Below are positions 48,436-57,873 of a stretch of DNA of 64,000 nt, piece after piece. Location of the stretch: NCBI GenBank assembly GCA_963555815.3, contig CAUVWX020000001.1, forward strand, positions 256,001 to 320,000, in the 5' to 3' direction. The stretch's first letter is position 1. Each line of letters opens with the position of its first letter. The notes below the pieces were generated by a model that was given only the letters and a program-made list of their open reading frames with translations, was not told where the DNA came from and did no database searches. This DNA is from a bacterium. GTDB taxonomy: Bacteria > UBA8248 > JACPRG01 > G963555815. A program made the position numbers and the translations under genes.

Positions 48436-49128
48436 TCAACGCGATCGCCGCAAGATCAGTCCCCGGATGGAGTACACGTGCAGCATGAAGAACATCGGGA
48501 CCACGTATCCCGGAATCAGATAGAACGGGAAGAAATCGGCGATGCGGTCACTTGGGCCAATGAACACCAGTCCCAGCGGCAAAACCGAAAAGAAATCGAC
48601 GAGCCCCACCACGTTCCAGAGGATCAATGCGCCGACGGCGAAGCGTTTCCGGCCAAAGGAGAGATAGGCAGCAATGCCCCCGAGGGCGCCCGAGATGATG
48701 TCACCGTAGCCCGCTGAGAGCGCAACCACCCCCGGCGCTTCGCCCAACTCATAAATGGCCAGAAAGGCGAAGCCGAAAACGATGCGCAAGGTGTGAAACC
48801 CAGCAAACCAATACTGGGGAATAGCGTCGACCATCCGCCGATAGCCGCGTGAGGCGAATAGCACCACCCCAACCACGATGGGGACGAGGACGGCGATGCC
48901 GAGGAATGCCGCTTCAGCTTTGTACACACCCAGGGTTGCCGTCCACACCGCGATTCCATACCAAACCGCGAGAACGACGGCAATGATGGCGCCGAGCGCC
49001 CTCTGGCGGGTCGGTGCAACGCCCAGGTGACGAATGCCAATCATGAGCACGAACCAGAAAAGGAACGCAGTCACGACAGCAAAGGCGATGATTTGACCGG
49101 CGATCTGTGCGGGAAAGAAAGCGCTCAT
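48436..49128 (-). CDS. Hypothetical polytopic membrane protein
   Basis: About 7 TM segments; AGYGDIISG, WNVVGLVDF, FPFYLIP; AGGGGG RBS before ATG 49128. Confidence 0.72.
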   Translation of the reverse strand: MSAFFPAQIAGQIIAFAVVTAFLFWFVLMIGIRHLGVAPTRQRALGAIIAVVLAVWYGIAVWTATLGVYKAEAAFLGIAVLVPIVVGVVLFASRGYRRMVDAIPQYWFAGFHTLRIVFGFAFLAIYELGEAPGVVALSAGYGDIISGALGGIAAYLSFGRKRFAVGALILWNVVGLVDFFSVLPLGLVFIGPSDRIADFFPFYLIPGYVVPMFFMLHVYSIRGLILRRSR

Positions 49129-49225
49129 GGTGACCCCCCTTTCTGTGACAATTCTACACCATGAACGGCTGAAATCAGACACTCAAAAGCCTTGGATCTC
49201 CTTTTTCCTGTAAAACGATCTTTAG

Positions 49226-50048
49226 TTACAATTTTTCAGCGACCATGATCGTGTATAGTAGTTTTCCTTTGGCATAACCTTTTTTCATACTCCTGAACGC
49301 TTTCAGATGACCCAGACCCTCCTTTCCATAATGGGCGGCCAACTTCCATAACGATTTGTCTTTAATGATCTCCAAACTCAGGTCCCAGGTCTTTTTCACC
49401 CTGAGGCTGATATCCTCATAACACACCAAGCCAAAACGGTTCTCATCAAGAAGTTTCAGGTATTTCTTGGCCGTCGGCAATAAGCAAAACATGCCTTCTT
49501 CAACGGGCTGAATATATTTCTTCTCTTCACGTTCAGTTAAATTGTCTTATTTCATCCAAGCGGCTATGCAAAGCTTTCCGCCTGTTTTTCAGCATCTGAC
49601 GGCTCTTCCTGAAAAAATTTGGATGATCTTGTAAATGGGAAAGGACTTCCACAACCCACACCACATCAAATGTGTCGTTTAAAACCATGTCATTTGCATC
49701 CATCACCATAAATTTCGGTTTTTTAAGGAGTTTCACGGACGCTTGACGGGCCATTTCGACTTGTCGAGAACTGATGGTAATTCCCGTCACTTCACAATTA
49801 AAATTTTCAGTCAGCCAGATGGCTGTGCCTCCGATGCCGCAACCAACGTCCAAGACCTTTGAGCCGGGTTTTAACGAGGATTTTTTCGCAAGAACTTTGA
49901 TCAGTTCTTCAACCGCCTGTTTCTTCGATTCGCGGCCAGTCAGGTAGTATCCATGATGGATATGGCCGCCCCACAATTCTCGATAAATCGAAGAAGTGAC
50001 ATCATAATACTCTTATATTTTTTGTTCTAATGTTCGATTTTCCATCAT
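49226..50048 (-). pseudogene. AT-rich class I SAM methyltransferase (tocopherol/sterol MT-like) pseudogene
   Basis: MMENRTLEQKI*EYYD…WGGHIHHGYY…VLDVGCGIGG; +1 frameshift in an A-run near 49588 (restores LKTGGKLCIAAW) and a further TAA. Confidence 0.82.
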
Positions 50049-50283
50049 GCCCCGTACGGAAGGCGTCGGTCAAAACAATCCCGTCTGCTCACGTGTGATT
50101 TTGAAATTCCCCCACCCGTCGGACGTATCATCCAGGGGGACGACAGCCCTCTCCTCGGACAAGGGAGGCCACAGAGCGATGGGGAAACTAGTCTGGAGAT
50201 AGGGATTACACCCGTTCTGTGCCAAGCGTCCGCTGGCCCCCTCATTCCGAGACCCCAGAGGACAGCTTGGCCTCACCGGATCG

Positions 50284-50901
50284 TCACTTCCGGTTCATGC
50301 AGAGGATACATGTCCAATAGCCGAACAGATTCACTTGCGCCTCTTCGTGGACTTCCAGCTCGCTTTCCTTCAGGAGGCCCCGAAGGTCCAAATTGGCGTT
50401 CCACCCGAATTTTTGCCACAGACCGTTTGAGATCTCCTCCATCGCGGCCAGGAAGGGCTGGTTGCTCTTGAAATGATTGATGAAGGTGATGCGGCCACCC
50501 GGCTTGCACACCCTTTTGATCTCCCGGAGGAGGCCGTTCGGGTCTGGGACTACGCTGACCACATAGGCGGCCGAAACGCAGTCGAAGAAGTTGTCCGGAA
50601 ATTTCATCGCGCATGCGTCCATCTCGATAAGCTCAACATTCTGGAGATGAAGCTTCGTCATCCTTTTCGCAGCCCGGGTCAGCATCTTTGATGAAAGGTC
50701 GATGCCGGTGACATGGGCCGAGCGGGGAAAAAGCGGCAAAGAGAGCCCCGTTCCGACTCCCGCTTCCAGGATGCGCTCTCCCGGACGGGGGCCAAGGAGC
50801 TTTACAGCCACTGAGCGGCCCTCAGAGAAGACCTGCTTGAAGATGAGGTCATAGACGGAAGAGTAACGAGAATAAATCTTTGCGACGGCTTGAGTGTCGA
50901 T
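50284..50901 (-). CDS. Class I SAM methyltransferase, PmtA-like phospholipid N-methyltransferase; probable ATC start
   Basis: (I)DTQAVAKIYSRYSSVYDLIF…ILEAGVGTGLSL…GIDLS…VVSVVPDP…RVCKPGG…INHF. Confidence 0.82.
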   Translation of the reverse strand: MDTQAVAKIYSRYSSVYDLIFKQVFSEGRSVAVKLLGPRPGERILEAGVGTGLSLPLFPRSAHVTGIDLSSKMLTRAAKRMTKLHLQNVELIEMDACAMKFPDNFFDCVSAAYVVSVVPDPNGLLREIKRVCKPGGRITFINHFKSNQPFLAAMEEISNGLWQKFGWNANLDLRGLLKESELEVHEEAQVNLFGYWTCILCMNRK

Positions 50902-51140
50902 CTAGATCACCCCCCCCACAAGTTGAAAAAAAAGAGAAAAATGCCCCCTTCCTTTTCAATTGGCATCAAAGCAGGATTGGTGCAGAATTAAAACTACTCT
51001 AGGAGAACCCCTCCTAGGGCGTCAAGTGCTTTCTTCCCTTCGGCGAAAAGGGGGGGCTCTTTCTCCATTCTGGAGGAACCATGAGAGAAAAACCTTCGGG
51101 GCACCTTCCCTGTCGAGCGGAATGTTTGCCGAGAAGACCC

Positions 51141-52250
51141 ATGCGCCACCTCCTCTTCCTCACCCTCTTGCTCCTCCTCTCGGCATGCGCCGCGCAGCGT
51201 CTTCCTCAAGAGGACCCCTGGGTCCGCGCCCCCGGAGTTTTCCCCACCCTCGAAGACGCCCTGCCCCCCCTGGTAGATGTCCTCTGGCGCCCCTATGAGG
51301 ATCGCGTGAAGGCCTCTCCGGGACGGCGCGCCCGAGTAACCCTCCAGACGGTTGGAGTGGGGTCCTTCTCCCATGAAAAGGACGGTCTTCGCTATGCCTT
51401 CTCACGGCGCGTGGAGAGAGCCCTGGCCCGCCCTCTGGAGGCACGGACGGGCTTGATAGTCTATGACCGAGAAACCCTGGAGCGGTGGGAGGAGGACTTT
51501 ATGGTCCGCGCAGCCGGATTCCCTTCCCACGGACGCGTGATGAGGTCCTACACGTTTGATGCGAGCCGGGAGGCGGCCGAATATGTCGGCCTGAACACCG
51601 TCGTTATGGGCCAGTTCTTCGCAGAGGGGCCCCACTTGGTGCTTCGGGCCGAATTGATACGCTTGGGCGCGGGGAAAGGGGGGAGGAGCCAGCGCCTGAG
51701 CAGGGCGGAGGTGCTCCTGGACCTGGACGCGGTTCCACTCCCTGAGTTCCTGGGCCCCTTACCTGCCCGGCCCCATGGTTCCCTGGTGCCGCCCCCCGCA
51801 CCCTGGGTGCAAAGCCCCATCAGCGTCTGGTACGAGATCCTAGAGGCCAACGGGGCCCGACGCCGCGGGGTGCAGGGAACGCCCGTCGCCGACGGGGACG
51901 CCGTCTTGTCACAGTTCATGGTGGTGAGGCCTGTTCACGTCCTCGTGGTCCGCCTGGACAGCGAAGGGGACCTCCAGATCCTCTTCCCCGACCGGGAGGC
52001 CTCCGGGAGCGATAGAGCCGAGGTGGGGAGACGCTACATCGTGGTGGACCATGTGGACGCCCCTCCAAAAGTGGCCGTCCACTTTGTTCTCTACTCGGAG
52101 GAGCCGATGAATTTTCAGCGAGACATTTTCGAGGCCGTCTCGGCCTTGCAAAGCCAGGTCCAGGCCGGGGCCGGAAGGGAGGCGGTGGCGTCGAGCCTGA
52201 TCCTCCCGCCTGGGATCCACCAGGTCCGCCTCTGGTTCACGTTCGGTTAA
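51141..52250 (+). CDS. Lipoprotein with CsgG/FlgO-like region and possible C-terminal DUF4384-like domain
   Basis: Lipobox LLSAC; VYDRETLE…LRAELIRL; VVRLDSEGDLQILFP. Confidence 0.62.
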   Translation: MRHLLFLTLLLLLSACAAQRLPQEDPWVRAPGVFPTLEDALPPLVDVLWRPYEDRVKASPGRRARVTLQTVGVGSFSHEKDGLRYAFSRRVERALARPLEARTGLIVYDRETLERWEEDFMVRAAGFPSHGRVMRSYTFDASREAAEYVGLNTVVMGQFFAEGPHLVLRAELIRLGAGKGGRSQRLSRAEVLLDLDAVPLPEFLGPLPARPHGSLVPPPAPWVQSPISVWYEILEANGARRRGVQGTPVADGDAVLSQFMVVRPVHVLVVRLDSEGDLQILFPDREASGSDRAEVGRRYIVVDHVDAPPKVAVHFVLYSEEPMNFQRDIFEAVSALQSQVQAGAGREAVASSLILPPGIHQVRLWFTFG

Positions 52251-52343
52251 GGGAGACCTTCACGAGGGCGGCGGTTTCATCAAAATCCGAAGGCGCAATG
52301 AAGGGCCGCGGGAGAGGAATATAGGCCCAAAAAGGGGGGAGGT

Positions 52344-53471
52344 ATGGGCTTCGAGCGGGCCCTGCGACTCATCCGGCTGAGCACCGCGGTCAAAAGCAAT
52401 CCTAATGTCCCTTTATCAGACCTCCTTCAGTCTCTTGGGATCTCCAGGTCCCAGTTTTACAAGGATAAGCTGGCCCTCTCCAGGCTCGGCTTTGAGTTTC
52501 GCTACTCCAGGAAAGAGCGAACCTACAAAGTCCTCCAGGACGCCTTCGTCCCCGCAGGGGATCTGACACTGAGTGAGCGCCTCGCCCTGGTTCTCTGCGT
52601 ACGGCAGACGGCAACCCTGGACGAGGCCATCGGGGCGGAGGCCCTCTCTGGCATTCGAAAGCTCATCTCGGAGTCCTCCCAGTCCGAGCGGAAGATCCTG
52701 CAGGAGGCCCTAGAGGAAGTCGTCCCCGCGAAGGGATGGGGCTGTGACCCGAAGGTCTTTGGCCCTCTTCAGCAGGCCCTTTCGGAGCGCCGCCGGATCC
52801 TCATTCGCCACGACTCGGTGCGAGAGGGTCGGGCGAAGGAATGGCTCCTGGACCCTTGCGCCTTGTTCTTTCAAAAGCGAGCCCTCTATCTGGACGCCTG
52901 GTGCGTGGACTCTCGGGAATATCGAACCTTCCGTGCCAACCGCATCCGGGAGGTCCACCTCATGCCCGTCCTTGTCCCTCCGCGGCCGGACTACTCCTTC
53001 TCCGAAAGGCACGCCGGGGCCTTCAGCGCCTTCTCCGGTCGGGAGGGAAAGCGGGTCCGTGTCCGCTTTGGCCGGGCCACAGCCCCCTTCATCCGAGAGG
53101 CCCTCTGGCATTCCTCCCAGGTCATCGAGGAGCTCTCGGACGGCGGGCTCATCCTCCAGGTGGATGTCGGCGAGCCACGGGAGGTGGGCTGGTGGGTCCT
53201 TCAATGGGGCGCAGGCGCCGAGGTCCTGGAGCCGGAAGAACTGAGGAAGGAGCTTGGGGAGACGGTCCGGCGACTCCTGGAAACGTACGTCGGTGAGGAG
53301 GTGGGCGGGGTTGAAGCCTGGCGGGGGACGAGGGCCGCAGAGGCCCCTGCCCGCTATCGGCCGAAAAAGGCGAGAGTATCTAAGGGGAAAAGAAGTCCGC
53401 TTCAGAAGTCTGGCGCTACCCTACACGCGATTTCCCGCGCAAAGCAAAGCAGCCGCCCGAGAAGCTCCTAG
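52344..53471 (+). CDS. HTH-WYL-WCX transcriptional regulator
   Basis: HTH LGISRSQFYKD; ALYLDAWC…RTFRANRI; WVLQWGAGAEVLEPEELR. Confidence 0.9.
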   Translation: MGFERALRLIRLSTAVKSNPNVPLSDLLQSLGISRSQFYKDKLALSRLGFEFRYSRKERTYKVLQDAFVPAGDLTLSERLALVLCVRQTATLDEAIGAEALSGIRKLISESSQSERKILQEALEEVVPAKGWGCDPKVFGPLQQALSERRRILIRHDSVREGRAKEWLLDPCALFFQKRALYLDAWCVDSREYRTFRANRIREVHLMPVLVPPRPDYSFSERHAGAFSAFSGREGKRVRVRFGRATAPFIREALWHSSQVIEELSDGGLILQVDVGEPREVGWWVLQWGAGAEVLEPEELRKELGETVRRLLETYVGEEVGGVEAWRGTRAAEAPARYRPKKARVSKGKRSPLQKSGATLHAISRAKQSSRPRSS

Positions 53472-53749
53472 CCCGAGAGGGAGCTTCGGATGAGATGGCG
53501 GAGTTCCTCGTCAGTCAGATCATGCAGCTGAGCGAAGGAGAGCAAGAACTGTTCTTCCCCCTGCCTGGTGCCCCAGATGACCTGAAAGCCCTCCTTGACA
53601 TAGTAATATCTCAGGTCCTCCCGGACACCCGGGACCCCTTCGGCCAGAATGCGGCTCAACCTCTCGGCCGCTTGCTTACTCTCTTTTCCCGGAACGCGTG
53701 AATCAAGGGCCATCCAGATCCCCCTGTCCTCTCGTTTCCTCGTTCCCAT
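53468..53749 (-). CDS. Small hypothetical protein
   Basis: Plausible composition; fills the gap downstream of the Rid-family gene. Confidence 0.5.
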   Translation of the reverse strand: MGTRKREDRGIWMALDSRVPGKESKQAAERLSRILAEGVPGVREDLRYYYVKEGFQVIWGTRQGEEQFLLSFAQLHDLTDEELRHLIRSSLSG

Positions 53750-53848
53750 CAGAGGAAGAGACGCTAATTTTACCTTACGCAGGTCCCAGGGGACGAAGAA
53801 AATGTTCGTCCAGTGGCCCCCTGAAAGGGGAGCGAATCGCCGGAGTTT

Positions 53849-54253
53849 TCACTTCGCCGCGTATCCCTCGACCTCGAGCAAAAGATCCTCGCTGAAGAGA
53901 CCTTTCACAAAAACCAGAGTGCTCGGCGGGTACTGCCCGTCAGGGAAGTAACTCTTGAAGAGTTCTTGGCGAATGGCCCTGTAACCCTGGAGATCTTCGC
54001 GTCGGATGAGATAGGTGTTGAGCTTCATGACATCAGCCCAGGACATCCCGGCGACCTTCAGGACTTCTCCGATGTTCCGATAGACGGCCCGGGCCTGGGC
54101 CTGAAAATCCCCTTTCCCGACCACGCCCCCTTTTTCATCAAGGGCCACCTGGCCGGCCAGAAAGAGAACTTCCCGGGGGGAGGCCCGAAAAGCTTGAGAA
54201 TAGGGACCCGCGGGGGGGGCGACCGTCTTAGGATTGAGAACCATTTTATCCAT
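53849..54253 (-). CDS. RidA/Rid family protein
   Basis: GPYSQA, LAGQVA, DVMKLNTYL, PPSTLVFVKGL, EVE. Confidence 0.88.
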   Translation of the reverse strand: MDKMVLNPKTVAPPAGPYSQAFRASPREVLFLAGQVALDEKGGVVGKGDFQAQARAVYRNIGEVLKVAGMSWADVMKLNTYLIRREDLQGYRAIRQELFKSYFPDGQYPPSTLVFVKGLFSEDLLLEVEGYAAK

Positions 54254-54493
54254 CGTGAATCTCCTTATTATGCAAATGACCCCTTCGCAACTGCCAGGGG
54301 AACGGAGAGAACCGGTCTATGTCGGCCTAACGGGGAAGTCGAGTGCTTTAGACATCCTGAGCTTAGCAGAGATATAATCTCACAAGAAAGGAGATAATAT
54401 CTCCCTCGCTCCCCCTTTAAATCATCGGCTGGACCGGGAGGGGGGCCCCACTAAAGGGAATGGGTGCTCCTGACAGAATGTGGAGAAGAAGAG

Positions 54494-55450
54494 ATGGAAA
54501 AAGGGCATTTGACCCTTCAGCCTGTAGACCGAGTCGAGATCACAAGCCTCATGGATAACTACGTAGACAGTCTTCTTACGAGTGAGGAGGGGATCAAGAG
54601 GCCGCCCGTCAGCTACTCCAATGGGGAGATGAGGCCCACCCTCCTCGCCGAGCACGGATTCTCCGTCTTGATAAAAACCTTCTCTGGGAATGAGTCCCAC
54701 ACGATCCTCATGGACGCGGCGATGAGCGTGAAAGGGCTCCTTCACAACCTCGAACATCTAGAGATAGATATGCGCCTCGTCGAAGCCGTCGTCTTGAGCC
54801 ACGGACATTTTGACCACCGGGCGGCCCTCTCGGAGGTTCTTGCGCGAATTGGAAGGGAGGGCCTTCCCGTCCATCTCCACCCGGATGCCTTCTTGAACCG
54901 CCGGATCATCTTCCCGGACAGGAGTCTCTTCATCATGCCTCCCTTCCTCGAGGAGTCCCTCGAGGCCGTCGGAGCCAGGGCAGTGAGGACCAAAGCGCCT
55001 CAACTCCTCGCGGGCGACACTGTGGGCCTCACGGGGGAAGTGGACCGGGAGAACGATTTTGAGAAGGGTTTCCCCATCCACTACGCCGAGCGAGACGGAG
55101 AGATCGTGCCTGACCCCTGGATTTGGGACGATCAGGCCCTCCTCGTCCACGTCCGCGGGAAAGGCCTCGTCGTCATCACAGGCTGCGGACACTCGGGGAT
55201 TGTCAACACCCTTGGTTATGCCCGAACGCTGACGGGGGTCCGAGAGGTCCACGCCGTGATAGGAGGATTTCATCTCACAGGAGGCCTTTTTGAGCCCATC
55301 ATCCCTCCGACGGTTAAGTCCCTTTCAGAGCTCGGCCCTCGCTGGATGATTCCGACTCACTGCACGGGCTGGAAAGCGACCAAGGCGTTTCAGAACCACT
55401 TCGAGGAGAGTTTTATCCAGAATAGCGTTGGGACGGTCTATCAATTTTAG
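54494..55450 (+). CDS. MBL-fold metallo-hydrolase (AEHG…TGCGH subfamily)
   Basis: AEHGFS, LSHGHFDH, DDQAL, ITGCGHSG, IGGFHL, PTHCTG. Confidence 0.88.
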   Translation: MEKGHLTLQPVDRVEITSLMDNYVDSLLTSEEGIKRPPVSYSNGEMRPTLLAEHGFSVLIKTFSGNESHTILMDAAMSVKGLLHNLEHLEIDMRLVEAVVLSHGHFDHRAALSEVLARIGREGLPVHLHPDAFLNRRIIFPDRSLFIMPPFLEESLEAVGARAVRTKAPQLLAGDTVGLTGEVDRENDFEKGFPIHYAERDGEIVPDPWIWDDQALLVHVRGKGLVVITGCGHSGIVNTLGYARTLTGVREVHAVIGGFHLTGGLFEPIIPPTVKSLSELGPRWMIPTHCTGWKATKAFQNHFEESFIQNSVGTVYQF

Positions 55451-55502
55451 ACGGCGTCCCGTCGCGGAAAAGAGGTGGAAACCCCAGACAGGGGATTTTG
55501 TT

Positions 55503-55531
55503 TTGACAAGGGACAGGAGGTCTCGTATTTT
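55503..55531 (+). promoter_or_regulatory. Sigma70-type promoter for the GNAT-GT-deacetylase operon
   Basis: TTGACA-17 bp-TATTTT. Confidence 0.6.
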
Positions 55532-55626
55532 GTGCCCTTTGAGCGCGACTTCCTTCCTGATGCTCACCAGGGATTATCCCCGTGCTTGATTCGGGCGGTA
55601 TTTTGGGAGATTCCACAGGTCATTTG

Positions 55627-56652
55627 ATGTCTGCTTCCCCCCTCAAGGTGGAAATCCACAGCGACGCCGAGGGTTTCTCCACCCTCGCCCCGGAGTGGGA
55701 GAACCTCCTTCAGCACAACTCCACCCGCTCCCTCTTCCTCACCCCTCAATGGCAGGCCCTCTGGTGGGAGCACTTCGGGGCAGGCCGCCCGCTCTGCCTG
55801 GCATCAGCGCGGGACGGCGAGGGTCAACTCGTCGGCCTCGCCCCCCTCTTCCTCTGGGAGGAGGGCCGCCTTGGCTTTGTCGGAGAGATGGACCTCTGCG
55901 ATTATCTCGATGTCCTCTCCCTTTCCGGTCAAGAGGAGGATGTCGCGAGGGCGATCTTGAAAGCACTAGCCGAAAGGATTTCAGGCGAGAGCGTTCTTGA
56001 TCTCCATTTCATCCCCGGCGCCTCCCGGATGATCCAGGCCCTCTCGGCGGCCGGCCAAGAGGCGGGCTGGGCCGTTGAGGTGGCGGAAGAGGAGACTGCC
56101 CCCCTCATCCTTATTCCCGCAACTTGGGAGGAGTACTTGCAGGGCCTGTCAGGGAAAGACCGCCACGAGCTTCGCAGGAAGATCAAGCGGATGAAGGCCA
56201 GCGGGGAGTTGGAACTCCAACGAGCCTCCACAGCCGAGGAGGCGAAAGAGTTCACCGAAGTCTTCCTTCGCTTTCACGCCCTGAGCCACACTGAGAAGGC
56301 AAAGTTTATGGGCCCAGCCATGCAGGCCTTCTTCCGGGTGGCCTCGGAGAGGATTTTTGACTTGGGATGGCTTCGCATGAGCAAGCTGAATTTGCAAGGC
56401 AAACCTGTTGCCGCCCTCTTCTCATTCGATTACGATGGGGCTGTCTTAGTCTACAATTCCGGGTATGATCCTGCTGTCTCGCACCTGAGTCCCGGTATTT
56501 CCATCTTTGGCCTCTCCATTCTGGAGGCCATCCGAGACAAGAAGCGAGCCTTCCACTTCCTTCGGGGGGACGAGGCGTATAAGTACCGCCTCGGGGCGAA
56601 AGACCAGCCTCTCTTTCGAGTCCGCCTGGCCCCCCCGGGCAGAGGTAAATAG
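55627..56652 (+). CDS. Double-GNAT (CelD/BcsL, FemAB-like fold) acyltransferase
   Basis: FLTPQWQALWW, LVGLAPL, DYLD, YNSGYDP…SPG, FLRGDEAYKYRLG. Confidence 0.85.
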   Translation: MSASPLKVEIHSDAEGFSTLAPEWENLLQHNSTRSLFLTPQWQALWWEHFGAGRPLCLASARDGEGQLVGLAPLFLWEEGRLGFVGEMDLCDYLDVLSLSGQEEDVARAILKALAERISGESVLDLHFIPGASRMIQALSAAGQEAGWAVEVAEEETAPLILIPATWEEYLQGLSGKDRHELRRKIKRMKASGELELQRASTAEEAKEFTEVFLRFHALSHTEKAKFMGPAMQAFFRVASERIFDLGWLRMSKLNLQGKPVAALFSFDYDGAVLVYNSGYDPAVSHLSPGISIFGLSILEAIRDKKRAFHFLRGDEAYKYRLGAKDQPLFRVRLAPPGRGK

Positions 56653-56655
56653 TCC

Positions 56656-57873
56656 GTGCCCGACACGTCGCTTCGGATCGCCATGCTGAGCCTCCACTCC
56701 TCCCCCCTTGCCTCTCTTGGAGGAGAAACGGCGGGGGGGATGAACGTCTACGTCCGGGAAGCCAGCCTTGAGCTGGGACGCCTGGGTCACCGGGTGGACA
56801 TCTTCACCCGAAGGGACGAACGAGGCCAGCCCGAGGTCTCCGAACTCAGCGACGGGGTTCGTCTCATCCGAGTCAAGGGGGGTCCGAGCCGGCCCTGCCC
56901 CAGAGAAGAGCTTCCCCGCTACCTCCCTGAGCTTCGCCAGGCCCTCCGGGCGTTCTCAGAGAGGCCACCCTATGACATCGTCCACGCCCATTACTGGCTC
57001 TCTGGGATGGTGGGACTCGACTGGACCGAGGGTCACGGGGTCCCCCTCGTCCAGATGTTTCACACGTTGGAACGGGTGAAAAACCGTGTGCTCTCCAGCC
57101 AACCCGAGAAGGAGAGCGACTTTCGGATCCAGAAGGAGTTGGTTCTCGGGAAATCCGCCGACGCGATCGTGGCCGGAAGCGAGGAGGACCGCACGCACCT
57201 CATCAAGGACTACGGGGTGAAGCCAGGGCGCGTGCACATCATCCCGGGGGGGGTGGACCTCCAGTTGTTCAGCCCGCAGCCCAGGCGTCTTGCGCGCTCG
57301 CGGGTGGGATTTGGCCGAGGGCCGGTGGCGCTCTTTGTAGGTCGGATGGAGCCCGTGAAAGGCGTCGAGACCCTCCTTCATGCCCTGGCCCTCGTCGGAA
57401 ACGGCTCGGCCAACGGCAATGGACTGTGCCTCGCCCTCATCGGGGGTGCGAACGGCCCCAATCCCTATCTCAGGCACCTCGAGGATCTCGCCCGCACGCT
57501 TGGCGTCTCCGAGCACCTAGAATTTCTCGGGCCGAGGTCTCATGCGGAGCTCCCAGATTACTATTCGGCGGCAGACTGCTGCGTCTTTCCCTCCCTCTAT
57601 GAGAGCTTTGGCCTCGCGGCCCTTGAGGCCGTGTCCTGCGGGGCAGAGGTGGTGGCCTCGGACACCGGCGGCTTTCGCCAGACCCTGGGCCAGGCCAAAT
57701 GCGCCCTCCTGGTCCCGCCCGGAGACGCTCAGTCCCTGGCCAGGGCCATCCACCGGGCCATCGCCAAGCCCTGTTCCAGGCGGGGGCTCCGGGAGAAGGC
57801 GGTCAAGAATTTCACCTGGGCCCGGGCGGCCTCGCGGCTGGCCAAACTCTACAAGGACCTCCTTCATGGCTGA
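56656..57873 (+). CDS. MshA-like GT4 glycosyltransferase
   Basis: SLHSSPLASLGGETAGGMNVYV, HAHYWLSG, FHTL…K, FVGRMEPVKG, YESFGLAALEA. Confidence 0.85.
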   Translation: MPDTSLRIAMLSLHSSPLASLGGETAGGMNVYVREASLELGRLGHRVDIFTRRDERGQPEVSELSDGVRLIRVKGGPSRPCPREELPRYLPELRQALRAFSERPPYDIVHAHYWLSGMVGLDWTEGHGVPLVQMFHTLERVKNRVLSSQPEKESDFRIQKELVLGKSADAIVAGSEEDRTHLIKDYGVKPGRVHIIPGGVDLQLFSPQPRRLARSRVGFGRGPVALFVGRMEPVKGVETLLHALALVGNGSANGNGLCLALIGGANGPNPYLRHLEDLARTLGVSEHLEFLGPRSHAELPDYYSAADCCVFPSLYESFGLAALEAVSCGAEVVASDTGGFRQTLGQAKCALLVPPGDAQSLARAIHRAIAKPCSRRGLREKAVKNFTWARAASRLAKLYKDLLHG

